A stretch of 26,324 nucleotides of DNA. Source: Lentisphaerota bacterium (GTDB taxonomy: Bacteria > Verrucomicrobiota > Lentisphaeria > Oligosphaerales > Oligosphaeraceae). The notes under the pieces are model-generated. The model searched no databases, was not told the DNA's origin, and saw only the letters and a list, made by a program, of their open reading frames with translations. The stretch covers positions 1 to 26,324 of the forward strand of contig JAAZIY010000352.1 in assembly GCA_012800625.1 (NCBI GenBank), read 5' to 3'. This document shows, one piece after another, positions 26,262-26,324 of the stretch. Position 1 is the stretch's first letter, and every line of letters starts with the position of its first letter. The position numbers and the translations under genes are program-made.

Positions 26262-26324
26262 GCCGGAGTGGCGGAATGGCAGACGCGCTAGACTCAAAAT
26301 CTGGTATCCGTAAGGGTGTGCGGG
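26262..26324 (+). tRNA. tRNA-Leu (anticodon CAA), truncated by the window end
   Basis: GCCGGAGTGGCGGAATGGCAGACGCG, anticodon arm CTAGA-CT-CAA-AA-TCTGG, long variable arm, start of the T stem. Confidence 0.93.

Overview
A 26.3-kb bacterial chromosomal window. It is mostly housekeeping and accessory-metabolism genes, and its gene content suggests a PVC-superphylum organism such as Lentisphaerae (inference only). In order it holds a PHP/HisJ phosphatase, larC, tRNA-Ser(CGA), YqaE/Pmp3, TPM and LemA, an SGNH hydrolase, a GH28-like enzyme, a DinG/YoaA helicase, an orphan membrane protein, a DUF3568-like lipoprotein, rho with a long N-terminal extension, coaE, a 680-aa Cys-rich protein, a pal-NUDIX-lipA-thioesterase-epimerase run, a heparinase II/III protein, mrdA-mreD-mreC, a Gfo/Idh/MocA oxidoreductase and a partial tRNA-Leu(CAA). 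I found no transposase, integrase, phage gene or CRISPR array. The strongest lead is 13392..15434, a predicted cytoplasmic protein with eight tandem four-Cys zinc-ribbon-like repeats fused to an SGNH fold that has lost its catalytic Ser, Asn, Asp and His. The second lead is a non-palindromic dispersed repeat family (TTTTGGACAC[T/G]AAG plus 10-bp ACACAC[T/G/A]AAG-type units) at about 12 intergenic sites, mostly just past stop codons. All family assignments come from motif recognition by eye; no database searches were run.
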